Shown: positions 1 to 10,195 of the stretch, piece after piece
How the letters are laid out: every line of letters starts with the position of its first letter
How positions within the stretch are numbered: position 1 is the first letter of the stretch
NCBI GenBank assembly: GCA_965198175.1
Contig: OZ240245.1
Coordinates: 4,320,001 to 4,384,000 of the forward strand
Reading direction: 5' to 3'
From: Candidatus Poribacteria bacterium
GTDB taxonomy: Bacteria > Poribacteria > WGA-4E > PCPOR2b
DNA: 64,000 nucleotides
Notes under the pieces: generated by a model
Told to the model about the DNA's origin: nothing
The model's input: only the letters and a program-made list of their open reading frames with translations
The model's database searches: none
Program-made: the position numbers and the translations under genes

Positions 1-540
1 GAAGACGTTGACCCGGAGAAAGCCGCGTTTCGATTCGGCGCCGCGTTCCTTGCACCCGCTGCGCCGTTGCATCATGAGTTAGGTAAGAAGCAACGCCGCG
101 TCCAGCAGGACGACCTCCTCTACCTCAAGTGGCGTTACGGGTTGAGCATTCAGGCGATTCTATACCGGTTGAAAGATTTGCACATCATTTCGGATGCCCA
201 CGCCCAGCAGTGGTGGATAAATATTAACAAATTGGGCTGGAAGAAGCGCGAACCGATTGAGATTCCCGCCGAAAAACCGAAGCGGTTTCATCAGCAGGTG
301 TTCCACGCTCTTTTCGAAGGATCGATAGAAGAAGAGGAAGCGAATCAACTGCTCAATGACACCCTTGCGGCATCCGCACCTGGACTACTGATTGAACGCC
401 GCGCATTCTTGCAACTCCCAACGGAGAGGAGACGCAAGCTGCTCCGGGAGCAAGCGCAGCGAATGGCAGATTACTATGAGAACGATTCTGAATGGCGCAA
501 TCTAGAAGGAGACAACCTTGTCGAAGCCGAACCCAAATAA
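1..540 (+). CDS. ImmA/IrrE-family metallo-endopeptidase, 3' part (5' end outside window)
   Basis: Frame open from base 1 (EDVDPEKAAFRFGAAFLAP), matching the E-x-x-A-x-x-F-A-x-A-F-L-x-P motif of the family, followed by LKWRYGLSIQAILYRLKDL. The HExxH motif would lie upstream of the window. Confidence 0.75.
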   Translation, partial: EDVDPEKAAFRFGAAFLAPAAPLHHELGKKQRRVQQDDLLYLKWRYGLSIQAILYRLKDLHIISDAHAQQWWININKLGWKKREPIEIPAEKPKRFHQQVFHALFEGSIEEEEANQLLNDTLAASAPGLLIERRAFLQLPTERRRKLLREQAQRMADYYENDSEWRNLEGDNLVEAEPK

Positions 541-598
541 CCCGCGTCGGGTAGAGGTTTGGAATGTGAACTTCTTCCCCATGATTGGGAAGCCGTAG
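518..598 (+). pseudogene. Truncated MazF/PemK-like toxin remnant
   Basis: GAAGGAGA RBS, then a TTG start overlapping the upstream gene end. Translation MSKPNPNNPRRVEVWNVNFFPMIGKP* resembles the MazF N-terminus (P-x-RGEIW-x-VNFDP-x-x-G) and stops after 26 codons. Confidence 0.45.
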
Positions 599-711
599 CC
601 GCCCGTAGAACAGATCCAATGTATCGGGTCTTTCAGATATGAAAAAGAACGGAAACGTAGTCTAAATCTTTAGACACCAATTACCTCACTATGTGAAAGA
701 AAGGATAGTGA

Positions 712-1794
712 ATGGCAACTGTTGACACAATCCTTCCACACCAGCAAGAAGTTGTTAATAAACTGGAGAGCTACCTTGTTAGCGATTCCATACGCCCGCT
801 TTTCCTAAATGGCGATGCGTCGGCGGTCTTACAGGAGTTTCCAGATGATTGTATAGATTGCTGCCTGACAAGTCCGCCTTATTGGGGTCACAGAAAGTAT
901 GCGGAGAACGGCATAGGTCTTGAACCGGATTATCATCAATATATATCAAATTTAGCAGCGATTTTGAGAGAAGTAAAGCGTGTTCTCAGACAGACAGGCT
1001 CTTTATGGCTTAACCTTGGTGATTCATATAAAAATAAGTATCTTCTAGGTATACCGTGGCGTGTCGCCTTAGAATTAATGGATTCGCAAGATTGGATTCT
1101 GCGTAATAGTATTATTTGGAATAAAATAAAGGGTAATCCGGATAATTCACGGGACAAGCTGAGAACCGTTCACGAGAATGTGTTTCATTTTGTAAAGTCG
1201 CCCAAATATTATTATGATGTAGATGCAATTCGTTCAAAGCCAAAGAAAACCAAGGTTATAAATGGAAGCGTCGTATCTGCAACAGGCGTTTCAGGGGTCC
1301 GATATAGACAGCAAATTGAACGTTCTACTGCACTTAACGAGAGCGAGAAGAAAAAAGCCTATGAAGCCTTAGATTATGTTTTCAAAGAGGTAAGTAGTGG
1401 AAAATTAGCAGATTTTCGTATGATAATCCGAGGACAGCAACGAACGACTCATTCTGATGCTGAACAAGTTTCGGGAAGAGCTAAAGAAATACGGGACAGA
1501 GGGTTCTATTTTCTCAAATATCACCCGAAGGGTAGTAAGCCTGGAGATGTGTGGGATATAATACCAGAAGATACACAGCAGCGTACAGTTCATTATGCTC
1601 CATATCCCGAAGATCTGTGTAAACTTCCAATTCTTGCAACTTGTCCACAGGAGGGTGTCGTATTAGATCCCTTTTCCGGAACTGGTACGACCTCATTGGT
1701 TGCTTTCCACTTCCAGAGGAAGTCAGTTGGAATAGATATATCTGAATCCTATATAGCACTCGCTAAGGAGAGAGTCACTTCCTACTTACTATGA
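712..1794 (+). CDS. Site-specific DNA methyltransferase, beta class, probably N4-cytosine
   Basis: Catalytic TSPPY near the N-terminus, SAM-binding DPFSGTGTT near the C-terminus; also LWLNLGDSY and HYAPYP. Confidence 0.92.
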   Translation: MATVDTILPHQQEVVNKLESYLVSDSIRPLFLNGDASAVLQEFPDDCIDCCLTSPPYWGHRKYAENGIGLEPDYHQYISNLAAILREVKRVLRQTGSLWLNLGDSYKNKYLLGIPWRVALELMDSQDWILRNSIIWNKIKGNPDNSRDKLRTVHENVFHFVKSPKYYYDVDAIRSKPKKTKVINGSVVSATGVSGVRYRQQIERSTALNESEKKKAYEALDYVFKEVSSGKLADFRMIIRGQQRTTHSDAEQVSGRAKEIRDRGFYFLKYHPKGSKPGDVWDIIPEDTQQRTVHYAPYPEDLCKLPILATCPQEGVVLDPFSGTGTTSLVAFHFQRKSVGIDISESYIALAKERVTSYLL

Positions 1795-2639
1795 ACAGTA
1801 AAGTAATGGAAATATTCGGCGCGAGCAGTTCTTCTGAGAACGTAAAGTGGAATCAGATTCTCGAATCGCAGCGGTGTCCATTTCTTAAAAAGAAATGCAT
1901 CAAGGTTAGAAAAAGTCAACCGGAAGTGGCGATTGGAACATGTACCGTTAGGCATGGTAGGGGCAATAAGCATATTGTTATTTGCCCTCACCGCCTACTA
2001 GAGAGACAGCAGATTTTCACGGATTGTCTGCATTTGTTGACACTTCACGAGCCTGGTAATGAACTCCACATAATGTCAGAAATATCTATTCCGGGTGGAA
2101 GTGTTGATTATTTTCTAGTGTCGCTGCGAGAAAGAAAGGTGAGAGACTTCGTAGGGATCGAATTACAGACGTTAGACACAACAGGAACGGTATGGCCGGA
2201 GAGACAAAAATTGTTGGACCAGAAGGGTATATCCGTTCCCGCTGAAGATATAGAATTTTCAAGGAATTTCGGCATAAATTGGAAAATGACGGCAAAGACG
2301 ATACTCGTGCAATTACACCACAAGATAGAGACATTTGAGAATATCAATAAGCATCTAGTTGTTGTTGTTCAAGACCACCTAATGGAATACATGAAAGGTG
2401 AATTTTCATTTGGCCACCTTAATTCTGCACGGCTGGGCGATTCGATGCACATTCATTCTTATGCTTTGAAAGAAAATCTATCAACCTATCGTCTTGAACT
2501 TAACGAGCGCCGAAGCACAGATACTAAAGGCATCTCAGTATGTTTAGGACTTCAAGCTGACGCAAACGTTGCGTTAGAGGATATTATAGAAATTCTTGAA
2601 TCCAAAATCTCTGATGATACGATTTTACGCCTCAACTAA
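1791..2639 (+). CDS. NotI/EagI-family type II restriction endonuclease
   Basis: Cys4 metal site CPF-x4-C...GTCTV...ICPHRL, then VDYFLV...GIELQTLDTTG (PD-(D/E)xK-like). ATGA overlap with the MTase gene. Confidence 0.85.
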   Translation: MNSKVMEIFGASSSSENVKWNQILESQRCPFLKKKCIKVRKSQPEVAIGTCTVRHGRGNKHIVICPHRLLERQQIFTDCLHLLTLHEPGNELHIMSEISIPGGSVDYFLVSLRERKVRDFVGIELQTLDTTGTVWPERQKLLDQKGISVPAEDIEFSRNFGINWKMTAKTILVQLHHKIETFENINKHLVVVVQDHLMEYMKGEFSFGHLNSARLGDSMHIHSYALKENLSTYRLELNERRSTDTKGISVCLGLQADANVALEDIIEILESKISDDTILRLN

Positions 2640-2777
2640 CCCATCCTTATCAATAGGGCAAAGCCCAGCATATATTAAGATGTGTGCACAAGCTGGCATA
2701 TTAAATGACCGTGCAGAAACGGAGTTATTGCATAGAAGAACCTCTAAAGTCTTTGATAGACATTCGCGCTTTACCGT

Positions 2778-2791
2778 TCAACCCAACCTAC
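2778..2791 (-). repeat. GTAG-type REP terminal motif
   Basis: TCAACCCAACCTAC is the exact reverse complement of GTAGGTTGGGTTGA seen at 4052 and 42009. Confidence 0.75.
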
Positions 2792-2939
2792 ACGGCTTAT
2801 CAATTGAACATTCTAGTTTCGTACAGGACACCGCCGGTGTCCCTTAATCATAGCGCAAAATAGCGCAAAACCGACTACACAAAACCAGCACGGTGTCCCG
2901 CTTCGCAGGCTCGACGCCTTGCGCTAAAAGGAGAAAAAT

Positions 2940-4046
2940 ATGTCAAAGCGCAAAACAAACCCATATCAACTGACAGATGAAGAAAAACTCGCCGTCGTTG
3001 ATTTATACGCACAGTTTCGTACAACCTCACAAATCGTAGATCAGGTCATGCGGTGGAAGCCCAACGCCGCCACCGGCGATATAGACAAAGACCGAAAATA
3101 CGTACGCGACGCGATTCGTACCTGCAACCCAAAGTCGTCCGCGTTCTCGTTTCAAATCGCCCTGACGGCTAGACGCGCCGAATACCTTGCCGAAGGGAAT
3201 GGGGCGCTCGTCGCTGCCGTTTGTGAAACCGCACACGCTGTCGCTGAAGCGATCCCCCATATCAAATTCGACTTCACATCGGTCACGCCGAAAGACCTGC
3301 CCAATTTTGTTTCCGGTCTCAAGGAGTTATTCGAGTTGATGACTGCAATGGGTATTACCGTCACACAAGACATCTCCGAATCCGTTCGATTTGGGCAAAG
3401 ATTAGACGAACATCCAGAAAATCGACGTGACGAGTTATTTGTTCCATACAATGAAACTCGCCGTGAAATGTGGGGGCAATCCGAGCCATACGAGCTAGCC
3501 AAATCTAAGCAAATCGAGACCGGAACCGGGCGCAGCGCCGAACACCTAGACGCTGGTGTCTATCCAGAAAACTACGAGATTCCTGATGTCCACGTGAAGG
3601 AACTCTGGGAGATGGTTTACGGGGACACAGACGGAAAAACCCCGTCGGTTAAGCAGATGAGGAGTGATTTCGACGATATTAAACTTTTCGAGGAAGCTTT
3701 CGGCGGAGACGTTGTTAGCTTCGAACATAGGCTTAAACTCTACAGGATGCTGCTTTCCCACGATTGGGATTCTCTCACCCCGAAGTGGACAGAATGGCGA
3801 CGCCAAGCGTTTGCGGATGCACTACAAAAGCTGCGCAAACCGACAGCGGGCGAAACTGATGGCACCTATGATTCCGAAAAAGAAGAACATCCCACGCAGG
3901 CACCTTCGGCAGTAGAAAGCAACAACGGCGACCGCGGCGCTGACGATACCGGCGACGGTCCACCGCCAATCCGTGCCGTTGAAACCGCAGGAGATTTATC
4001 CCCGAAAGAGAAGCATCCTAATAACGGACATGCAACACAAAGGTAG
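2940..4046 (+). CDS. Hypothetical protein; N-terminus weakly resembles phage HTH/DUF2280-like proteins; acidic disordered C-terminus
   Basis: 368-aa ORF with AAGGAG RBS. The family resemblance is by eye only. Confidence 0.55.
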   Translation: MSKRKTNPYQLTDEEKLAVVDLYAQFRTTSQIVDQVMRWKPNAATGDIDKDRKYVRDAIRTCNPKSSAFSFQIALTARRAEYLAEGNGALVAAVCETAHAVAEAIPHIKFDFTSVTPKDLPNFVSGLKELFELMTAMGITVTQDISESVRFGQRLDEHPENRRDELFVPYNETRREMWGQSEPYELAKSKQIETGTGRSAEHLDAGVYPENYEIPDVHVKELWEMVYGDTDGKTPSVKQMRSDFDDIKLFEEAFGGDVVSFEHRLKLYRMLLSHDWDSLTPKWTEWRRQAFADALQKLRKPTAGETDGTYDSEKEEHPTQAPSAVESNNGDRGADDTGDGPPPIRAVETAGDLSPKEKHPNNGHATQR

Positions 4047-4051
4047 CAATT

Positions 4052-4310
4052 GTAGGTTGGGTTGAAATCAACCGATCAACTGAGCGAATAGATCTAGCGA
4101 CTGGATAAGGAGCGCGGTAGTTTTCCTTAGGATCAAGCGAACGTTTAGTGAGCATGATAGTCTTCCCTATTTTGACCGGATTGAGCACGCTTAGCGAAAA
4201 ACACAACATTGCAAACACCAATGCCGCGAATCGATGGTTCCTCAATTCTAAATGTCGAGCGAAACACAACGCTTTTGAAACTGTCTTTGAAAGGCACCTA
4301 CGTTTAACTG
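4052..4310 (+). repeat. GTAG-REP/MITE-like element with internal 17-bp sub-repeats (right end degenerate)
   Basis: Starts GTAGGTTGGGTTGA; contains ATCAACTGAGCGAATAG-type units and CGAAACACAACGCTTTTGAA, shared with the 7341-7570 element. Confidence 0.7.
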
Positions 4311-4616
4311 TGCAATCTAATGCCATTTCTCTAAGATGCCAGTGCATTAATAACGTGAATCAAGTAAGGATATCCAGTAATGCTTGCTACTTCAGCAACA
4401 GCCAATCGCCTTCGCTGCCAACACCGAATGCTTATGTGCTCCCTTAATCATAGTCCATCACTCAATCATACAAATCACAGTTCAGACAGCCCGCACCCTG
4501 ACTAGCGTTCAGCCCAACGCTTTTCAATCACCGTTGTCCGTGCGATTGATGTTTAAGTTTCCAATTACCTATCTATAGCACGGCGTTGCCCCATAGCAGA
4601 ACTTCTTGAAATATCT

Positions 4617-5261
4617 ATGTCAAAAGAATTGTGCCCCAAAAAATTCCAAGAAACATTTGATGCCTATTTTCGTAGATGGAATATATGCGTTGGAATTTTA
4701 TTTGTCGTCGCTTTTTCGCTGTTCTTTGTCCCCCTGTTAGTCAGGGCAACAAACTCAGAACTTCCGTCGTTCATCCGCTCAATCGTCAATTTTGGTTTCT
4801 ACCCTGGGATGGGCAAAACCACATTCGGATTCATCACTATTGGAATCATCTCAGTTGGGCCTGTAACGGTTGGTGTAATCGCTATCGGAGCCTGCACCGC
4901 CGGTGTCTTCGCGTTGGGAGCGGGTTCTGTAGGTATCTTCGCCTTCGGTGCGTTTTCTGTGGGTATTTTCGCTTTTGGCGGAAACGCGCTTGGAGTCATC
5001 GCTCTTGGGGCAGGTTCGCGCTATGGTGCAATCGACAAGTGGTCTGCGCCACGAGGTCGGTTCGACATCGGTAGAGCGGTTGGAATGGTTGCCATGGGGC
5101 CTACAGCCTCCGGTGTGTTCACATTGTCTTATGCCGGGAAAGGCAGGCACATGTTCTCGCTGGACCGTCAAGATGCAGAGGCTGTCGCGCTGTTCACACG
5201 TTGGCTGCCAAAGTTCAGCGAGGTGTTTTCGCCCTGTTCTGAAAATCTCAAAAGTGTGTAG
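4617..5261 (+). CDS. Membrane protein with glycine-periodic hydrophobic repeats
   Basis: N-terminal TM helix, then Gly every 5 residues (GVIAIGACTAGVFALGAGSVGIFAFGAFSVGIFAFG). Confidence 0.7.
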   Translation: MSKELCPKKFQETFDAYFRRWNICVGILFVVAFSLFFVPLLVRATNSELPSFIRSIVNFGFYPGMGKTTFGFITIGIISVGPVTVGVIAIGACTAGVFALGAGSVGIFAFGAFSVGIFAFGGNALGVIALGAGSRYGAIDKWSAPRGRFDIGRAVGMVAMGPTASGVFTLSYAGKGRHMFSLDRQDAEAVALFTRWLPKFSEVFSPCSENLKSV

Positions 5262-5334
5262 ATTGGGTTGAGTGAATCCATAGATCGATTCTAACCTTTT
5301 ATGAACCCCCTAATTCATCCGAGGAGCTACTCAA

Positions 5335-7344
5335 ATGACCCAAAGAAACAGCACCTATCATGTCCTCGCAATCATTCTTATATGTCTCATTAGCATCTGT
5401 TCATGCGGTGTCAAGCCACAGCTAGAACCGGCAACTGAGATGACCCCCTCCCCCTCCCTCATGGACATTGCGCCGGCAGATGCGCTACTAGTGTTACAAA
5501 TAAAAGACGTCGCCGAAGCACTCGCGCTTATTGAAGACTCGAGAGCGTGGCAACAACTTCTTGAAGCGCCGATTTGGGAGTTGCTGCGGGCGGTTTATGA
5601 AAGGAAAGCTGAGGTTAAAGATATACACCACCTCTTCAGACCAAGCCTCTCAATCCTTTCTCACCTACTTGGACAGGAAATCCTACTTGTCGTTCCCAAG
5701 TTCCGGGAACCCCTAGAATTCTCTCCAACACTCATGGCGGATCTAGATCGATCCGATGACCTCGGGGAGATACTGTCGGCAGCGATTAAGGTCGCAATGG
5801 CGAACATTCCAGAGGCAAAGACCCGAGAATACAACGGCTATTCCTATATGACAGCCGAGTTCAAGCCGAACCTGTTCCTGTCATGTGGACTGATCGACAA
5901 CTTTCTGATTGCCAGCTTGGGAGAAACGTCGATACGTCGGGCAATAGACATCTACCAAGGAAAATCGGACGCTAGCCTTGCCAAAAACCCGAATTTCGCC
6001 CAACATGTTGAGCGGTGTCAGGGTGCGCCCGGTGAGGGTGTAACGGACTTTCAGTCAATATTTTACCTCGATCTGACCTCAATCCCTGAATTGGTCGAGT
6101 TGATGTATCCGATGGTCCGTGGCGAGATGAGTGACGAGATTGCGACACTGGCGGATCGGGCAATTAAGTGGTTGGACCTTGTGCAATGGGTGGGGTCGGT
6201 TACAAACCTCACGAAAGATGGGATTGTGTCGCAGAGCTATATCAAACTTAATCCCAACGCGACAGCCAACAACTTCCTAGAGATGTTGCTAGCCAAGCCG
6301 ACGCGGCACGACTCGATAAAGTTCGCACCCACTGACGTAATATCTTATAGTGCGTTCAATCTCCTTGATCTCCCCAAGCTCTGGCAGATGGTGATGGGCT
6401 TTGTTGAGTCAATGCCACCGGAAATGAGCCGAGAGGTACTTGGCAGCCTTCAGGAGATGGAGACAATGATGGGCATCGACATCGAATATGACCTGCTTTC
6501 GTGGATGGGAAATGAAATTGCACTCCTCCAGACTGGGTTCACTATGCTATCGCCCAGAATGGGTGCCGGAACAGGCGGTGCAATACCGCAACTCTTGCTT
6601 TCGATTCAAACGTCAGACAGCGAAAAAGCGGCTCAAAGTCTCGGACGCTTAACGGATGTGGTTGCGATGACTTTGGCAGCAACAACGGGCGTGGTGCTGG
6701 AGTGGGATACAGTCGACTATGCCGGCAACCAGATTCGCACGGCGGCACTCCCTAATGTCCCGTATCAACCGAGCTACGTCGTGACTGAGCAGTACGTGTT
6801 GATTTCTACCGGGCTCGCCGAGCTGAAAGTTGCGCTTGATTGTGCGAGCGGTACTGCGGCAAACCTTCTTACGGCGACCGAATTTGTAGAACTCCGCGGC
6901 ATCGCTCCAGAGTTGGTCAATAACATCGCTTACGCCAAACTTGCGCGGCTGCTTGAGCAGATGGTTGACACGGTTGCGGAACAGCTACCAGTCATGTTTG
7001 AGAATGGGGATTCAAAGACGGAATCTGAGTTGATTCAATCAATGCTCCCGTCAACGATGGATTTTGTCCGTGAGATTGTTAGAACCCTCGTTGGTCAGAT
7101 CCAATATACGGTGAACGACGGCGATGGCTTGCGAAGCTACTCATTCCTGAAGGTGCGTGACCTTGATGCCAATTTCGAGTGGGCGGACTCGCCCGATGCC
7201 AAGAGCGCGCGGTTGCTGTTAATGGCTCGTGTATATTCCGAACAGGGAATGCCAAATCGGGCGCTCACCTACCTCGACCGTGTCCTCGCAATTGATCCGA
7301 ATCAACCTGATGCTTTGAAGATGAAGATTTCTCTCTTAGAGTAG
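5335..7344 (+). CDS. Exported (lipo)protein, DUF3352-like, with a C-terminal TPR
   Basis: Hydrophobic N-terminus ending CSCG; DIEYDLLSWMGNEIAL motif; C-terminal ALTYLDRVLAIDPNQPDA TPR. Confidence 0.7.
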   Translation: MTQRNSTYHVLAIILICLISICSCGVKPQLEPATEMTPSPSLMDIAPADALLVLQIKDVAEALALIEDSRAWQQLLEAPIWELLRAVYERKAEVKDIHHLFRPSLSILSHLLGQEILLVVPKFREPLEFSPTLMADLDRSDDLGEILSAAIKVAMANIPEAKTREYNGYSYMTAEFKPNLFLSCGLIDNFLIASLGETSIRRAIDIYQGKSDASLAKNPNFAQHVERCQGAPGEGVTDFQSIFYLDLTSIPELVELMYPMVRGEMSDEIATLADRAIKWLDLVQWVGSVTNLTKDGIVSQSYIKLNPNATANNFLEMLLAKPTRHDSIKFAPTDVISYSAFNLLDLPKLWQMVMGFVESMPPEMSREVLGSLQEMETMMGIDIEYDLLSWMGNEIALLQTGFTMLSPRMGAGTGGAIPQLLLSIQTSDSEKAAQSLGRLTDVVAMTLAATTGVVLEWDTVDYAGNQIRTAALPNVPYQPSYVVTEQYVLISTGLAELKVALDCASGTAANLLTATEFVELRGIAPELVNNIAYAKLARLLEQMVDTVAEQLPVMFENGDSKTESELIQSMLPSTMDFVREIVRTLVGQIQYTVNDGDGLRSYSFLKVRDLDANFEWADSPDAKSARLLLMARVYSEQGMPNRALTYLDRVLAIDPNQPDALKMKISLLE

Positions 7345-7570
7345 GTTGGATTGAGATCAACCGACTGGATAAGGAGCGATCAACCGACCGAATAGGATCA
7401 AGGGAACGGATAGTGACTGCGATAGAGTTCCCAAAGAGATTCTACCCTTATAGGAAACATGAACCCCTGATGCGATGCTGCTTCAATTCTTAAAAATCTG
7501 GCGAAACCCCACGCTTTTGAATCTGTCTTCGTGCGCCATTCCCCTTTAACCGTTGTTCAACCCAACCTAC
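7341..7570 (+). repeat. Complete GTAG-REP/MITE-like element (230 bp)
   Basis: Inverted termini GTAGGTTGGATTGA and TCAACCCAACCTAC; three internal ATCAAnnGAnYGRATAR units at 7356, 7379 and 7397. Confidence 0.75.
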
Positions 7571-7577
7571 GCCTAAA

Positions 7578-7655
7578 AAGTTCTCCCCATTGCCAAGGGA
7601 CGCTAGAGGGCAGCAGATTAAGTTCTCCCCCTTGCTAAGGGGGAGCTAGAGGGGG
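7578..7655. repeat. Tandem pair of ~33-bp palindromic repeats
   Basis: AAGTTCTCCCCATTGCCAAGGGACGCTAGAGGG and AAGTTCTCCCCCTTGCTAAGGGGGAGCTAGAGGG; the second forms a CTCCCCCTT/AAGGGGGAG hairpin between convergent genes. Confidence 0.65.
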
Positions 7656-8008
7656 TCTGTTCCTCGCGTTTCTAGACTCGCTTGCACCTGATCTAACCGT
7701 TTGCGCAACTGGGACTGCGTTTGCGAAATCCGCAGCGTGTAGAGGATAAAGATTAGCCAAATCACGAAATAAGCGGATACCAGGTGCCTTAGTCGCTTTG
7801 ATTGTCGCGCTTCCAACTTCTCGATTGATTTGTTGACCGCCTGCTGAACTTCTGCCTTATCCACTTCTAAATTCGTCTCAGCGATGGCATCGTTTACCGC
7901 TACAAGCACTTCATCATCGGTGATTTTGACCGGCACCTTGAGAAAGGAAAATACACCGAAAAAGATCGCGAAAATTATAAGGGCAACAATCAATAAATTT
8001 CTGTTCAT
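7646..8008 (-). CDS. Small membrane protein with a C-terminal CcmD-like segment
   Basis: Two TM helices; LVSAYFVIWLIFILYTLRISQTQSQL resembles the CcmD family; GGAG RBS. Confidence 0.55.
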   Translation of the reverse strand: MNRNLLIVALIIFAIFFGVFSFLKVPVKITDDEVLVAVNDAIAETNLEVDKAEVQQAVNKSIEKLEARQSKRLRHLVSAYFVIWLIFILYTLRISQTQSQLRKRLDQVQASLETRGTDPL

Positions 8009-8160
8009 TCAGATTCTCCAAACGGGATGTGTAAAACAGTTGAGCATGTTTTCCTGAAAGTCGGTTCTGTTTTTATGCATATTCCTCCAATTCCGCGCAT
8101 AAGCATACCATACTTCTATCAGGTTCATCAAGTGAAAGGAGACGCACACGAGCCTTAGAC

Positions 8161-10056
8161 TCATTCAATAAACAGGATCCGCAGAATGAGCCCGAGACAT
8201 CCAACCACAACCTGACCCAAGACCAGTCCCAAGAAGAACGGCACCATCTCCCGATAGCGCCGAATACCGCCAAACTTCAGAATGCTCCATTTAATCGTCC
8301 ACGCGAGCAAGATTGAAAACCAGAGGTGGTGTATCATTGCACCCGATGCGACTGCGTAGCCGACGGGATGGAACGGAAATCCGACAAAACGGCGATGCAA
8401 CGCGGTGAGCAGTATCGTGACGCCCGCACCCAACCCAACCTCTCTGAGCATGAACGGCTCCGGGGTCCCCAATAGCTTTAGCCAGACTTCTAGGCGGCGA
8501 AAGGCTTCGCCGCCAATGTTGTGGGCGACGTTTCCCGCGCCATAGCGGTACATCGTCGTCAGAAATACCCAAAACCCGCAAACCGTTCCCACGACCGATG
8601 CGACCAGCATTGCAATCAGGAATTGTCGACTCGGCGCCCCTATCGTTTGGGCAATCTTAAATCCCTCAAGCTGGTGTCCGACGGGATGGGAACGATACGC
8701 CCGACTCATCCAGTATATACAACTAAACATCGCAATGTTCCGTTGCCCCACGCGGCGTGCGCCAAGTGCATTGAGGATTAACTGTTCCGGACCCATGAAC
8801 TCTGCGTCGTGCGCCGGGGGACCGACTTCGGCGCGTATGCGAGCGATTGCTACCGCATACAGCACGTATATGGTCAGAAAGAGGAGCGCGATAGACACAG
8901 ATATCCCCACGTAAGCGAGGAACAGAATCAGTGCGGTGGTGCCACAGACCAGCCCGATAAGCGCCGTTCGATAGGTCATCGGCTCCTCGCCTCGCTTATC
9001 ATCTGCTCTTTGACGGCGCGCCAGGGCGTACACCTGTTTCAGATGTTTGCGGCTCATCCACAACGCTGAGACCGCGACAACCATCCACGCGCCCGCCGTC
9101 GCATAACTGCGGAACGGTCCCGGTGTTGCCCAGATGCCGACTGCACTTCGAAAGACCAGTTCCGCTTTCGAGAAAAGCAGGAAGAACCATGTCGAGAACG
9201 CTAGGCTTAGCGGCAAGAAATAGCTCAATCCTACGACAAAGGGTTCGATTTCGATGAATAACCCCCCGGCGGGGTATGGACGGAGGGCATTCCAAGGCTT
9301 TGTCGTGAACAGCGGTGTGAGATTGTAACCCATTCGGAGAACGGGGAATGCCGGAATGAACGCGTGCAGCATCCTGTGCAGGCTGATTGCCCCGGCGATT
9401 GCGAACCCAAACCACAGCCAACGATTGCCGAGCGTCCCGGCGCCAGTCCCCGTCAATTCAAGCGGCAGTTGAATGATTGGATACGACAACTTCTCATTTT
9501 CCGTCCACTGTTTCCGGATGATCGTGTTGATACAGACCAGAACAAATAGAAGAACAATCAGAAATCCTCCCCAACAGACGCAAGGGAAGAGCCAAGCGTT
9601 AAGATACCTTGCTGTATACAGCGTCTCGCCACCGTTGAAATACCCGTGAAGTGCCTGCTCATCGTAGACGCTGAGCCAGTGGGGAACATATCTGCCGTAA
9701 AACACCAACCACTCATTCTCCGGCGTTGCAAATCCGAAACCCGCCATGTGCTGAACCATCACGAGCATCAGATCATGTCCGAAGATTCCAGTGGCAATCG
9801 AAAGCATCGTATAGACAATCAGAAGTTCGCTGGAATCGAAGGCGATTTTCGGGTTGGATTTCTTGAGAAGTGCATTCAGTACCGTCAGGACGAAGAGCGT
9901 AAACACGACGTTGAAAAAGAGCGTAAAAACCGAGAACACGAAGAGACTGTGTACGGTCTCTGAGTGCATTGTCCAATAAAGATTGGGAGGGATAAGCAGC
10001 GCGCCGATAATCAACGCACGGTAGGACCTGACGGGTGGACGGCGATCTTGTTTCAT
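8161..10056 (-). CDS. Multi-pass membrane protein, DUF6785/DUF6784-like putative transporter
   Basis: Many TM helices; motifs RKQWTENEKLSYPIIQLPL, RIRAEVGPPAHD and FPFHPVGYA. Start placed at MKQD (10056). Confidence 0.7.
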   Translation of the reverse strand: MKQDRRPPVRSYRALIIGALLIPPNLYWTMHSETVHSLFVFSVFTLFFNVVFTLFVLTVLNALLKKSNPKIAFDSSELLIVYTMLSIATGIFGHDLMLVMVQHMAGFGFATPENEWLVFYGRYVPHWLSVYDEQALHGYFNGGETLYTARYLNAWLFPCVCWGGFLIVLLFVLVCINTIIRKQWTENEKLSYPIIQLPLELTGTGAGTLGNRWLWFGFAIAGAISLHRMLHAFIPAFPVLRMGYNLTPLFTTKPWNALRPYPAGGLFIEIEPFVVGLSYFLPLSLAFSTWFFLLFSKAELVFRSAVGIWATPGPFRSYATAGAWMVVAVSALWMSRKHLKQVYALARRQRADDKRGEEPMTYRTALIGLVCGTTALILFLAYVGISVSIALLFLTIYVLYAVAIARIRAEVGPPAHDAEFMGPEQLILNALGARRVGQRNIAMFSCIYWMSRAYRSHPVGHQLEGFKIAQTIGAPSRQFLIAMLVASVVGTVCGFWVFLTTMYRYGAGNVAHNIGGEAFRRLEVWLKLLGTPEPFMLREVGLGAGVTILLTALHRRFVGFPFHPVGYAVASGAMIHHLWFSILLAWTIKWSILKFGGIRRYREMVPFFLGLVLGQVVVGCLGLILRILFIE

Positions 10057-10195
10057 CGGGCATGTGGCAAGTCTGTTGATAGCGCCTCTAGGCATGTAGA
10101 CCGAATTTGCATCGTTCGATATATGGTAACACGCCACCCTAAGGAGATCAACATGTTTATACCAAAGTGTGGGATAAGACATTCCGACTTCACAA

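Noticed and set aside
2646..2804. 9-bp direct repeat CTTATCAAT (2646, 2796) as a target-site duplication
   Set aside because: Short and AT-rich, the enclosed segment has only one REP terminus, and the other elements show no comparable duplication.
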